Position numbers and translations under genes: made by a program
Part shown: piece by piece, positions 9,301-16,606 of the stretch
How the letters are laid out: each line of letters starts with the position of its first letter
How positions within the stretch are numbered: the stretch's first letter is position 1
Source: Rhodobacter capsulatus SB 1003
Lineage (GTDB): Bacteria > Pseudomonadota > Alphaproteobacteria > Rhodobacterales > Rhodobacteraceae
Assembly (NCBI RefSeq): GCF_000021865.1
Contig: NC_014034.1
Span: 2,700,001-2,732,000 of the forward strand
Length of the DNA: 32,000 nt
Direction: 5' to 3'
Notes under the pieces: model-generated
What the model saw: the letters and a program-made list of their open reading frames with translations, nothing else
The model's database searches: none
What the model was told of the DNA's origin: nothing

Positions 9301-9551
9301 ACCCGCTGGACGACACGCTCCGGTTCGAGGACGCGGTCTTCGCGGCGCTGGTCCCGGGGCGGGTGGCAAGCGGCGCCTTCGTGATCAACACCACGGGTCT
9401 GGCGCAAGACGCCGACGACCGGCTGATCTATGAAAGCGACACCGGGCGGCTCTTTTATGATCCGAACGGCACGGCCGCGGGCGGGCGGGTTCTGGTGGCG
9501 ATCCTCGCCCCGGATCTGGCCCTGACCCCGGCCGATATCCTGATCTACTGA
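6336..9551 (+). CDS. Large FG-GAP (integrin-alpha-like) beta-propeller / RTX Ca-binding repeat protein, probable type I secretion substrate or adhesin
   Basis: ATG at 6336 preceded by GGGAGG. No N-terminal signal peptide. Seven blades each carry GD(L/V/I)NGDGxxDLxxGA plus AWV(I/V)FG. GGxGxD nonapeptides follow (GGAGDDTLRGGAGDDTY...), then four ~92-120-aa modules. The C-terminal tail (DxLxFxxxxF ... GRLFYDPNGTAAGG ... LTPADILIY) resembles T1SS C-terminal target domains. Confidence 0.88.
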   Translation: MTREIDLSALTSDQGFVLRDSVTGDGFGCCVASAGDLNGDGHDDLMIGAIGDDRGGAETGAVWVIFGSAGGAAGPIDLDALTPAQGVVIRGPEAEARFGASLAAAGDVNGDGIDDIVIGAPRSDAGATDGGAACVVFGAPDIGAGGPVDLAEIPASRALRISGGGEADLAGSSVAAAGDLDGDGLADLLIGVPRADAGGTDSGAVWLIRGSAELSRLGQIALTALPAGLGQAIIGPADWDLLGLAVSQAGDLNGDGLGDLILAAPGRDVAGAGATGEDAGTAWVIFGSADPDRGPIDLSALTPGTGFALTGPGDGALAGWSVAALGDINGDGIDDIAIGAPYAQGTAPWSGGAWVVFGRDTGAGAAPFGTLDLAALDPSEGFAITGAGSNDALGWAVSAAGDVNGDGLGDLVLGAPGRDGGTGAAWVIFGRNVAAGATPFGTLDLADLDGLDGLALIGWAGASAGISVAAAGDLNGDGLGDLLLGAPGAQGDPTAAGAAVVLYGGSFASRLSGSIGNDTLSGSTGDDAVLGFAGNDLLYGAAGLDALLGAAGDDTLDGGAGDDTLRGGAGDDTYVVDSATDTVCEFCTPEGTEDAGGADTVLARVSYDLTRCAGACYIETLILIGTGALSATGNALGNRLIGNGAANLLRGLEGADLLDGSDGDDRLEGGDGNDRLQGGAGADVLLGGAGNDVYTVESDADQVLETLSETDLRDAGGIDTVLTSVSYSLAAPGRAFVERLVLTGTAAINATGNGLDNTLTGNGGANRLSGGAGSDVMIGGAGNDIYFVERVTDRVVETISESDLRDAGGIDTVMTSVSYGLTGATRAFVERLVLTGTAAINATGNALDNWLTGNGAANRLDGGAGKDLLLGGAGNDTYIVENAADRVVETISETDLRDAGGIDTVMTSVSYSLTGAAPRAFVERLVLTGTAAINGTGNGLANQISGNAGANRISGGLGLDTLSGGGGADSFVFDTAPAPDNLDRILDFNPLDDTLRFEDAVFAALVPGRVASGAFVINTTGLAQDADDRLIYESDTGRLFYDPNGTAAGGRVLVAILAPDLALTPADILIY
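8415..9245 (+). repeat. Three tandem in-frame ~276-bp (92-aa) modules within the RTX protein, plus a diverged 360-bp copy at 8055-8414
   Basis: Module starts (TAC/TAT codons for Y in YTVES, YFVER, YIVEN) are at 8415, 8691 and 8967. The conserved block is ETxSExDLRDAGGIDTVxTSVSYxL...AFVERLVLTGTAAINxTGNxL. Confidence 0.9.
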
Positions 9552-9554
9552 TGA

Positions 9555-9576
9555 AAAGGGCGCCGAGGCGCCCTTT
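9555..9576. terminator. Bidirectional terminator hairpin between convergent genes
   Basis: AAAGGGCGCC-ga-GGCGCCCTTT with A/T runs on both sides. It sits between the RTX gene stop (9551) and the binding-protein gene stop (9592). Confidence 0.7.
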
Positions 9577-9591
9577 CCACATCTGCACCGC

Positions 9592-10575
9592 TTATTTCAG
9601 CGCTTCGTTGGTGATCTCGAGCGTATAGGCCCCCTCGGGCGCCTTGGTGATCACCGGATCCGAGCCGCCGCCCATCAGCGTCGCCACGGTGCGCTCGTAA
9701 TCGGCGACATCCAGCGCCCCGTTCGAGCCCGCCGTCAGCTTCGCCACTTCGCTCATCATGCGCTTCTGATGCGTCTCGGTCTGCGCCCCGGTCTCGTCGT
9801 TTTCCAAAACGATCATCGCGGCTTCGTCCGGGTTCGCCTCGGCATATTTCCAGCCCTTCATCGCGGCGCGGACGAATTTCACCATCGTCGCCTTGAAGGC
9901 CGGATCGGCGAGCTTGTCCTCCATCACGTAAAGACCGTCTTCCAGCGTCGCGACGCCCTCGTCTTCATATTTGAAGGTCACCAGATCCTCGGGCTTGATG
10001 CCCGCATCGATCACCTGCCAATATTCGTTGTAGGTCATCGTCGAGATGCAGGCGGCCTGCTTTTGCAGCAGCGGATCGACGTTGAAGCCCTGTTTCAGCA
10101 CCTCGACCCCATCGGCGCCGCCCGTCGTCGGAATGCCCAGCTTCGACATCCAGTTCAGGAACGGATATTCGTTGCCAAAGAACCACACGCCCAGCGTCTT
10201 GCCCTTGAAATCGGCGGTGGTCGAAACGCCCGATTCCTTCAGACAGGTCAGCATCATGCCCGAATGCTTGAAGGGCTGCGCGATGTTGACAAGCTTCAGC
10301 CCCTTTTCGCGCGCGGCCAGCGCAGGCGGCATCCAGTCGACGATGACATCGGCGCCGCCCCCCGCGATCACCTGTTCAGGCGCGATATCGGGGCCGCCGG
10401 GCAGGATCGTGACATTCAGCCCCTCTTCCTCGAAATAGCCTTTCTCCGCAGCGACATAGTAGCCCGCGAATTGCGCCTGCGTCACCCATTTCAGCTGCAG
10501 CTTCACATCCTCGGCCGAGGCGGCGCCCGCCATCAGCGCAAGGGCCGCCACCCCCAGCATCACCTTTTTCATCAT
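9592..10575 (-). CDS. ABC transporter periplasmic substrate-binding protein, NMT1/THI5-like (NitT/TauT family)
   Basis: Start at ATGATG (10575) behind AGGAGA. Signal peptide MMKKVMLGVAALALMAGAASA. The mature sequence LQLKWVTQAQFAGYYVAAEKGYFEEEGL is typical of this family. It is the last gene of the pyrimidine-catabolism gene string. Confidence 0.88.
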   Translation of the reverse strand: MMKKVMLGVAALALMAGAASAEDVKLQLKWVTQAQFAGYYVAAEKGYFEEEGLNVTILPGGPDIAPEQVIAGGGADVIVDWMPPALAAREKGLKLVNIAQPFKHSGMMLTCLKESGVSTTADFKGKTLGVWFFGNEYPFLNWMSKLGIPTTGGADGVEVLKQGFNVDPLLQKQAACISTMTYNEYWQVIDAGIKPEDLVTFKYEDEGVATLEDGLYVMEDKLADPAFKATMVKFVRAAMKGWKYAEANPDEAAMIVLENDETGAQTETHQKRMMSEVAKLTAGSNGALDVADYERTVATLMGGGSDPVITKAPEGAYTLEITNEALK

Positions 10576-10619
10576 CGTCTCTCCTGTTGCGTCCGGGACT
10601 TCTGCCCGGTTGGTTGAAC

Positions 10620-11468
10620 TCATCTTCCCCGTTGCGACGGGTGCCAGAAGGTCGCCGCCTTCTCGATCATCGCGATCAGCCCGAAAAGGCCCGATCCCGC
10701 CAGCGCCGCCACCGCAATCTCGGCCCAGACCAGCGCCAGATCAAGCTGCCCGACCGAGGTGGAGATGCGAAACCCCATGCCGCGGGTGGGCGAGCCGAAG
10801 AATTCGGCGACGATCGCGCCGATCAGCGCCAGCGTGGTGGCGATCTTCAAGCCGTTGAAGAGGAAGGGCAAAGCGGCGGGCAGGCGCATCTTGATCAGGC
10901 TTTGGCCATAGCTTGCCGACCAGGTCGCCATCAGATCGCGGCTCAGCGCATCCGTGGCGGCCAGCCCCGCGACCATGTTCACCAGAACCGGAAAGAACAC
11001 CATCACGACGACGACGGCGGCCTTCGACTGCCAGTCAAAGCCGAACCACATCACCAGAATCGGCGCGATGCCGACGATGGGCAGGGCGGCGACGAAATTG
11101 CCGACCGGCAGCAGGCCCCGTTGCAAAAAGGGCGAGCGGTCAACCGCAATCGCCACCAGGATCGCCGCGCCGCAGCCGATCAGATAGCCCGAAAGCGCAC
11201 CCTTGAGGATCGTCTGCACGAAATCCCCCCACAAAAGCGGCAGGTTGCCGACAATCGCCGCGGCGATGTCGCTCGGCGCGGGCAGAATGACGGGGCTGAC
11301 ATCCAGCCCCCGCACCAGCCCCTGCCACAGCACCAGAAGCGTGACGCCAAACAGCGTCGCCACCAGCGCCCGCACCGGGCGGGAATTCGGATAGCGCTCC
11401 GCGAGAAAGAAGTTCAGCCCCATCGCGACGCCCCAGAACAGGATCGCTCCCCAGCCGATCGCGCTCAT
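10620..11468 (-). CDS. ABC transporter permease (NitT/TauT family)
   Basis: Multi-pass hydrophobic protein. Its ATG overlaps the upstream permease stop (ATGA at 11465-11468), which suggests translational coupling. Confidence 0.88.
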   Translation of the reverse strand: MSAIGWGAILFWGVAMGLNFFLAERYPNSRPVRALVATLFGVTLLVLWQGLVRGLDVSPVILPAPSDIAAAIVGNLPLLWGDFVQTILKGALSGYLIGCGAAILVAIAVDRSPFLQRGLLPVGNFVAALPIVGIAPILVMWFGFDWQSKAAVVVVMVFFPVLVNMVAGLAATDALSRDLMATWSASYGQSLIKMRLPAALPFLFNGLKIATTLALIGAIVAEFFGSPTRGMGFRISTSVGQLDLALVWAEIAVAALAGSGLFGLIAMIEKAATFWHPSQRGR

Positions 11469-12328
11469 CGCACCATCCCCATGCGTTTGAGAACCCGTCC
11501 CTCGATCAGCCCGACGATCAGCACCAGCCCCGCCGCCAGGATCGCGGCGGCAAAAAGCGCCGACCAGATCTGGATCGTCTGGCCGTAATAGCTGCCCGAC
11601 AGAAGCCGCGCGCCCAGCCCCTGCGACGCCCCCGCGGGCAGTTCGGCCACGATCGTGCCCACAAGCGCGGCCGCGACGCCGACCTTGAGCGAGGCGAAAA
11701 GATAAGGCATCGAGGAGGGCAGCCGCAGCTTCCAGAACGTCTCCGCCCCGCTGGCGTTATAGGTGCGCAACAGATCCAGCTGCATGCCGTCGGGCGCCCG
11801 CAGCCCCTTGACCATGCCCACGAGCACCGGGAAGAACGACAGGTAAGCGGCGATGATCGCCTTTGGAATCAAGCCCTTGATGCCAAGCGAGGCCAGAACG
11901 ACAATGACCATCGGCGCAATCGCCAGGATCGGGATCGTCTGGCTGGCAATCGCCCAGGGCATCACGCTCATGTCCATGGCGCGCGAATGCACGATGCCGA
12001 CCGCCAGCAGGATCCCCGCCGCCGTGCCCAGCGCAAAGCCCGCCATCGTCGCGGAAAAGGTGATCCAGGAATGCAGTACCAGGCTTTTCTTCGAGGTGAT
12101 CTTCTGCCCCGTGAACCCGTCCCACAGCCCCTTCGCCACCTGATGCGGCGCGGGCAGGACGGGGCGCTCCTGCGCCATCGTATCGGCCAGCATCTGCGCC
12201 GTGGTCACCGTCACCCCGGCACGCGCCGCCTGATCATAGGTCCATTGCTTGTTCAGCAGCACCGCCGCGCCATACCACAGCGCGACGATGGCACTCAGAA
12301 CCGTCAGGATCGGAAGGATCGATCTCAT
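11465..12328 (-). CDS. ABC transporter permease (NitT/TauT family)
   Basis: Hydrophobic multi-pass protein, paralogous to the downstream permease. ATG at 12328. Confidence 0.88.
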   Translation of the reverse strand: MRSILPILTVLSAIVALWYGAAVLLNKQWTYDQAARAGVTVTTAQMLADTMAQERPVLPAPHQVAKGLWDGFTGQKITSKKSLVLHSWITFSATMAGFALGTAAGILLAVGIVHSRAMDMSVMPWAIASQTIPILAIAPMVIVVLASLGIKGLIPKAIIAAYLSFFPVLVGMVKGLRAPDGMQLDLLRTYNASGAETFWKLRLPSSMPYLFASLKVGVAAALVGTIVAELPAGASQGLGARLLSGSYYGQTIQIWSALFAAAILAAGLVLIVGLIEGRVLKRMGMVR

Positions 12329-12345
12329 GCCTGCGCGCCCCCTTT

Positions 12346-12393
12346 ATCTTGCCTCAAATTTCCTCGGGGGGCGCGGGGGGCAGACAGCCCCCC
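12346..12393 (-). repeat. Intercistronic hairpin-plus-motif module, copy 1
   Basis: In transcript orientation: GGGGGGC-TGTCT-GCCCCCC followed by CCCCCGAGGAAATTTGAGGCAAGAT. It lies between the ATPase stop (12422) and the permease start (12328). A homologous module is at 14698-14739. Confidence 0.75.
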
Positions 12394-12421
12394 GTCCGAC
12401 AGCGGTCCCGATGCACGCCCC

Positions 12422-13213
12422 TCAGTCATAGGCATGCCCCGCGCGCAGCCCCTCGCGGACGCGATGGGCGATCTTCAGGAATTCCGCGCTGTCGCGAATA
12501 TCGAGCGGCCGGTCCTTCGGCAGGGTGCTTTCGATCACATCGGTGATCCGCCCCGGACGGGGCGACATCACCACGATCTTCGTCGACAGATACACCGCCT
12601 CGGGGATCGAGTGCGTCACGAAACCGATGGTCTTGCCGGTCCGCGCCCAAAGCTTCAGAAGCTCCTCGTTCAGCCGGTCGCGCACGATTTCATCGAGCGC
12701 GCCGAAGGGCTCGTCCATCAGCAGGATATCCGCATCAAACGCCAAGGCCCGGGCGATCGAGGCGCGCTGCTGCATCCCCCCCGAAAGCTGCCAGGGGAAT
12801 TTTTTCGCAAACCCCTGCAGATCGACGAGCGAGAGCACTTTTTCAACACGGGCGTCCTGTTCGGCCTTGGTGTAGCCCATGATTTCCAGCGGAAGTTTCA
12901 CATTTCCCGCAATCGTGCGCCAGGGGTAAAGCCCCGCCGCCTGAAACACATAGCCATAGCTGCGGGCCTTGCGCGCCTCCTCGGGCGGGATCGAATTCAC
13001 CGTCAGCGTGCCGCTGGTCGGGTGTTCCAGCGCCGCGATGCAGCGCAGGAAGGTGGTCTTGCCGCAACCCGAGGGACCGATGAAGCTGACGAAATCGCCC
13101 CGCTCGATCGACAGGTTCACGTCTTTCAGCGCCTGAACCGGACCGTCATTCGTCTGAAAGACCAGGTTCAGATCCTTGGCAAATATCACGGGGGCTTTCA
13201 CGTCTTCGGTCAT
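12422..13213 (-). CDS. ABC transporter ATP-binding protein
   Basis: Walker A GPSGCGKTT, signature LSGGMQQR, Walker B LLMDEPF, H-loop VTHS. Confidence 0.93.
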   Translation of the reverse strand: MTEDVKAPVIFAKDLNLVFQTNDGPVQALKDVNLSIERGDFVSFIGPSGCGKTTFLRCIAALEHPTSGTLTVNSIPPEEARKARSYGYVFQAAGLYPWRTIAGNVKLPLEIMGYTKAEQDARVEKVLSLVDLQGFAKKFPWQLSGGMQQRASIARALAFDADILLMDEPFGALDEIVRDRLNEELLKLWARTGKTIGFVTHSIPEAVYLSTKIVVMSPRPGRITDVIESTLPKDRPLDIRDSAEFLKIAHRVREGLRAGHAYD

Positions 13214-13219
13214 CCTTGC

Positions 13220-14671
13220 TTACACGCCACTGGCCGGAATGCCCGAGCGCACCACCGGACGCGGCGCGGTCAATTCCTTCCAGGTGCTCAGCGCCTTGCT
13301 CACCGACCCGTTCGGGTCACGCGCCACGAACTGCCCGTGGCCCTCGCGGCTTTGCACCTTTCCGTCCGCAACCGCAACCATCCCGCGGCTCAAAGTGTAG
13401 CGCGGCAGGCCCTTCACCTCCTTGCCCTCGAAGACGTTGTAATCAATCGCAGATTGCTGGGAGCTGGCAGAGATCGTCTTTGTCGCTTCGGGGTCCCAGA
13501 CCACCAGATCGGCATCCGCCCCCACCAGAACCGCGCCCTTCTTCGGATACATCCCCATGATCTTGGCGATATTGGTCGAGGTCACGGCGACGAATTCGTT
13601 CATCGTGATCCGCCCGGTGTTCACCCCCGCCGACCAGAGCATCGGCAGCCGGTCCTCCAGCCCCCCCGTCCCGTTCGGGATCTTGGTGAAATTGCCAAGG
13701 CCGAAGCGCTTCTGTTCCGTGGTGAAGGCGCAATGGTCGGTGGCAACGCAAGAAAGCGTCCCCGAAGCCAGCCCGGCCCAAAGGCTGTCCTGATGGTGCT
13801 TGGCCCGGAACGGCGGCGACATCACGCGCCGCGCCGCATGGTCCCAGTCGGGGTGGAAATATTCGCTTTCATCCAGCGTCAGATGCTGAATGAGCGGCTC
13901 GCCCCAGACCCGTTTCCCCTGCATCCGCGCGCGGCGAATGGCTTCATGCGCCTCCTCGCAGGAGGTATGCACGACATAAAGCGGCACGCCGGCCATGTCG
14001 GCGATCATGATGGCGCGGTTCGTCGCCTCGCCCTCGACCTGGCTCGGGCGCGAATAGGCATGCGCCTCGGGGCCCGTATTGCCCTCGGCCAGAAGTTTCG
14101 CCGACATTTCCGCAACGATATCGCCGTTTTCCGCATGCACCATCGGAATGGCGCCAATCTCGGCGCAGCGCTTGAAACTGGCGAAGAGCTCGTCGTCATT
14201 CACCATCAGGCTGCCCTTGTAGGCGAGGAAATGCTTGAACGAGGTGATGCCGCGTTCGACCACCTTCGGCATCTCGTCAAAGACTTGCTGCCCCCACCAG
14301 GTCACGGCCATGTGGAAGGAATAGTCGCAATGCGCGCGCTTGGACTTGTTGTCCCATTGCTGCAGCGCATCCATCAGCCCCTGCCCCGGATTGGGCAGCG
14401 CGAAGTCGATCACCATCGTCGTGCCGCCCGCCAGCGCCGCGCGGGTGCCGCTGTCGAAATCATCGCTTGAATAAGTGCCCATGAAGGGCATTTCCAGATG
14501 CGTATGCGGGTCGATCCCGCCCGGCATCACATAGCAGCCGGTGGCGTCAAGCACGGTCTCGCCCGTCAGCCCCTGCCCGATCGCGATGATCTGCCCGCCC
14601 TCGATCGCCACATCGGCCCTGTAGGTCAGATCGGCGGTGACGATGGTTCCGTTCCTGATGACTGTGGTCAT
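13220..14671 (-). CDS. Dihydropyrimidinase (D-hydantoinase)
   Basis: Cyclic amidohydrolase motifs GGIDPHTHLEMPFMGT and the HAENGD region. ATG at 14671 behind GGGAG (MTTVIRNGTIVTADL...). Neighbours are preTA and a carbamoyl-amidohydrolase. Confidence 0.92.
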   Translation of the reverse strand: MTTVIRNGTIVTADLTYRADVAIEGGQIIAIGQGLTGETVLDATGCYVMPGGIDPHTHLEMPFMGTYSSDDFDSGTRAALAGGTTMVIDFALPNPGQGLMDALQQWDNKSKRAHCDYSFHMAVTWWGQQVFDEMPKVVERGITSFKHFLAYKGSLMVNDDELFASFKRCAEIGAIPMVHAENGDIVAEMSAKLLAEGNTGPEAHAYSRPSQVEGEATNRAIMIADMAGVPLYVVHTSCEEAHEAIRRARMQGKRVWGEPLIQHLTLDESEYFHPDWDHAARRVMSPPFRAKHHQDSLWAGLASGTLSCVATDHCAFTTEQKRFGLGNFTKIPNGTGGLEDRLPMLWSAGVNTGRITMNEFVAVTSTNIAKIMGMYPKKGAVLVGADADLVVWDPEATKTISASSQQSAIDYNVFEGKEVKGLPRYTLSRGMVAVADGKVQSREGHGQFVARDPNGSVSKALSTWKELTAPRPVVRSGIPASGV

Positions 14672-14697
14672 GTGCACTCCCTGCAAGCGCGTGCTTT

Positions 14698-14739
14698 CAT
14701 CTTGCCCTAAATATCTCGGGGGTCCGGGGGCTGCGCCCC
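14698..14739 (-). repeat. Intercistronic hairpin-plus-motif module, copy 2
   Basis: In transcript orientation: GGGGGC-GCA-GCCCCC followed by CCCCCGAGATATTTAGGGCAAGAT. It lies between the amidohydrolase stop (14750) and the dihydropyrimidinase start (14671). Confidence 0.75.
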
Positions 14740-14749
14740 CGGCGCGCGG

Positions 14750-16000
14750 TCAGTCTACGACGACGGCGGTTTCCAGAACCGCATGCAAAAGCACATCCGC
14801 CCCCGCCGCCGCCCATTCGGGCGAAATCTCCTCGGCCTCGTTGTGCGACAGCCCATCGACACAGGGGCACATCACCATCGTCGTCGGTGCCACTTTCGCC
14901 GTCCAGCAGGCGTCATGCCCGGCGCCCGAGATGATGTTGCGATGCGGATAGCCCAGTTTCTCGGCCGCGGCGCGGACCCGGCCCACCAGTTCGGGCGTGA
15001 AGGTGACCGGGTCGAAATGGCCCACGGCCTCGACGGCGCAGCCGACCTTCAGATCCGCGCAGATCGCGGCCGCGCGGCGCTCGATTTCGGCCCGCATGCC
15101 ATCGAGCTTCGCCTGATCGGGGCTGCGGATATCCACCGTGAAAATCACCGTCCCGGGCAGGACGTTGCGCGAATTGGGGCTGAAGTTCACCTGCCCCACG
15201 CCGCCCACCGCATCGGGCTGGGCGGCCATCGCGACCTCTTGCACCATCTCCATGATCCGCGCCATGGCCAGGCCCGCATTGACCCGCATCCCCATGGGCG
15301 TCGAGCCGGTATGCGCCTCTTTCCCGGTCAGGGTGAATTCCAGCCACCACAGGCCCTGGCAATGCGTCACCACGCCGATGGTCTTGGCCTCGGCCTCAAG
15401 GATCGGGCCCTGCTCGATATGCAGCTCGAAATAGGCCTGCATCTGGCGCGCGCCGACCTCTTCGTCACCAACCCAGCCGATCCGCGCCAGCTCCTCGCCG
15501 AAGCTTTTGCCGTCCGGATCCTTGCGCGCATAGGCGTAATCGAGGCTGTGGATACCCGCAAAGACGCCCGAGGCCAGCATGGCGGGCGCGAACCGCGCCC
15601 CTTCCTCGTTCGTCCAGTTCGTCACCACGACCGGGTGTTTCGTGCGGATGCCGCGGTCGTTCATCGTGCGGATGACTTCCAGCCCGCCCAGAACCCCCAG
15701 AACGCCATCGTATTTCCCGCCCGTCGGCTGGGTATCCAGATGCGAGCCGATATAGACCGGCAGCGCCTGCGGGTCGGTGCCTTCGCGGCGCATGAACATG
15801 TTGCCCATCCGGTCAAGGCCCATCGTCAGCCCCGCCGCATCGCACCAGCTTTTGAACAGCGCGCGGCCCTCGGCATCGGCATCGGTCACGGTCTGGCGGT
15901 TGTTGCCCCCCGCGATCCCCGGCCCGACCTGCGCCATCTGCATGAGGCTGTCCCACAGGCGCGCGGAATTGATACGGAAGTTTTCTCCGGGTGATGGCAT
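14750..16000 (-). CDS. N-carbamoyl-beta-alanine amidohydrolase (beta-ureidopropionase; M20/AmaB-HyuC family)
   Basis: M20 Zn-hydrolase signatures (GSHLDTQPTGGKYDGVLGV, NEEGARF). ATG at 16000 behind GGGAGA. The function is inferred from its position next to dihydropyrimidinase and preTA. Confidence 0.85.
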   Translation of the reverse strand: MPSPGENFRINSARLWDSLMQMAQVGPGIAGGNNRQTVTDADAEGRALFKSWCDAAGLTMGLDRMGNMFMRREGTDPQALPVYIGSHLDTQPTGGKYDGVLGVLGGLEVIRTMNDRGIRTKHPVVVTNWTNEEGARFAPAMLASGVFAGIHSLDYAYARKDPDGKSFGEELARIGWVGDEEVGARQMQAYFELHIEQGPILEAEAKTIGVVTHCQGLWWLEFTLTGKEAHTGSTPMGMRVNAGLAMARIMEMVQEVAMAAQPDAVGGVGQVNFSPNSRNVLPGTVIFTVDIRSPDQAKLDGMRAEIERRAAAICADLKVGCAVEAVGHFDPVTFTPELVGRVRAAAEKLGYPHRNIISGAGHDACWTAKVAPTTMVMCPCVDGLSHNEAEEISPEWAAAGADVLLHAVLETAVVVD

Positions 16001-16050
16001 CTGGCTGTCTCCCTGTCGTCTGCGGGGCTTTGCCCTCTTGCGACTCATTT

Positions 16051-16068
16051 TCTGACCGATTGGTCAGA
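16051..16068. promoter_or_regulatory. 18-bp palindrome resembling a RutR box
   Basis: TCTGACCGATTGGTCAGA has arms TCTGACC/GGTCAGA. The central 16 nt match the E. coli RutR consensus TTGACCAnnTGGTCAA at 11 of 14 defined positions. It lies 51-68 nt upstream of the amidohydrolase ATG. Confidence 0.5.
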
Positions 16069-16302
16069 GGAAAGAGGCCACGCTTCCCCGCCCCGGTCAA
16101 TGGGGAATGGGGGGCGGATGCGGCGCTTGGCGCGCAAGACACAGGCCATTGCCCGAATTTTGGGCGGGACCAAGCGGCGGCTTGATCGACGGGCCCGATG
16201 CGGCTAGCCTTTGACCACCCAAGAAGGTGCCAAAGGCCCCGGGGGGCGGCTGACAGGGGAAATCCCGCGGCGGCAACGAGAGCAGTCAAGGACGAGGCAG
16301 GC

Positions 16303-16587
16303 ATGGAAGAGATGGAGAGCGGCCTTTGGCAGGCGCTTGAGCGCAGCGCGGCCTTTTACGAGGGCGGCGCGGCTTTCGACCCGATCCCTCAGGAACGCAT
16401 CAACCCGGTCGATTTGCGGCGCAAGATGGGGCTGACCCAGGCGCAGATGGCGCCGATGATGGGCATGAGCCTGTCGGGCTATCGCAAATGGGAACAGGGC
16501 CAGCGCGCGATCAGCGGCCCGGCCGCGGTGCTCTTGCGGGTGATCGAAACGGCCCCCGAAGCGGTGAAACAGGCGCTGGCGTCGTAA
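16303..16587 (+). CDS. Small XRE-family HTH protein, MqsA/HigA/NadS-like (antitoxin-like)
   Basis: 94 aa. ATG at 16303 behind GAGG. The C-terminal part DLRRKMGLTQAQMAPMMGMSLSGYRKWEQGQRAISGPAAVLLRVIETAPEAV matches the COG2944-type HTH pattern (...WEQGxRxPSGPAxxLL...). It is divergent from the amidohydrolase operon. Confidence 0.8.
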   Translation: MEEMESGLWQALERSAAFYEGGAAFDPIPQERINPVDLRRKMGLTQAQMAPMMGMSLSGYRKWEQGQRAISGPAAVLLRVIETAPEAVKQALAS

Positions 16588-16606
16588 GAAAATTGCCCCG
16601 AAAGGG

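Noticed and set aside
2627-9551. Genomic island integrated at tRNA-Ala (methyltransferase-like ORF, GGDEF-EAL gene, RTX protein).
   Set aside because: I saw no integrase, no transposase and no direct repeat of the tRNA 3' end, and composition and codon bias look like the rest of the window. This cannot be excluded without comparative genomics.
16001-16302. Search for a toxin partner upstream of the antitoxin-like HTH gene (for example ORF 15991-16185).
   Set aside because: The only ORFs there are low-complexity with poor codon bias and no RBS. The region is better interpreted as a divergent promoter/operator spacer.
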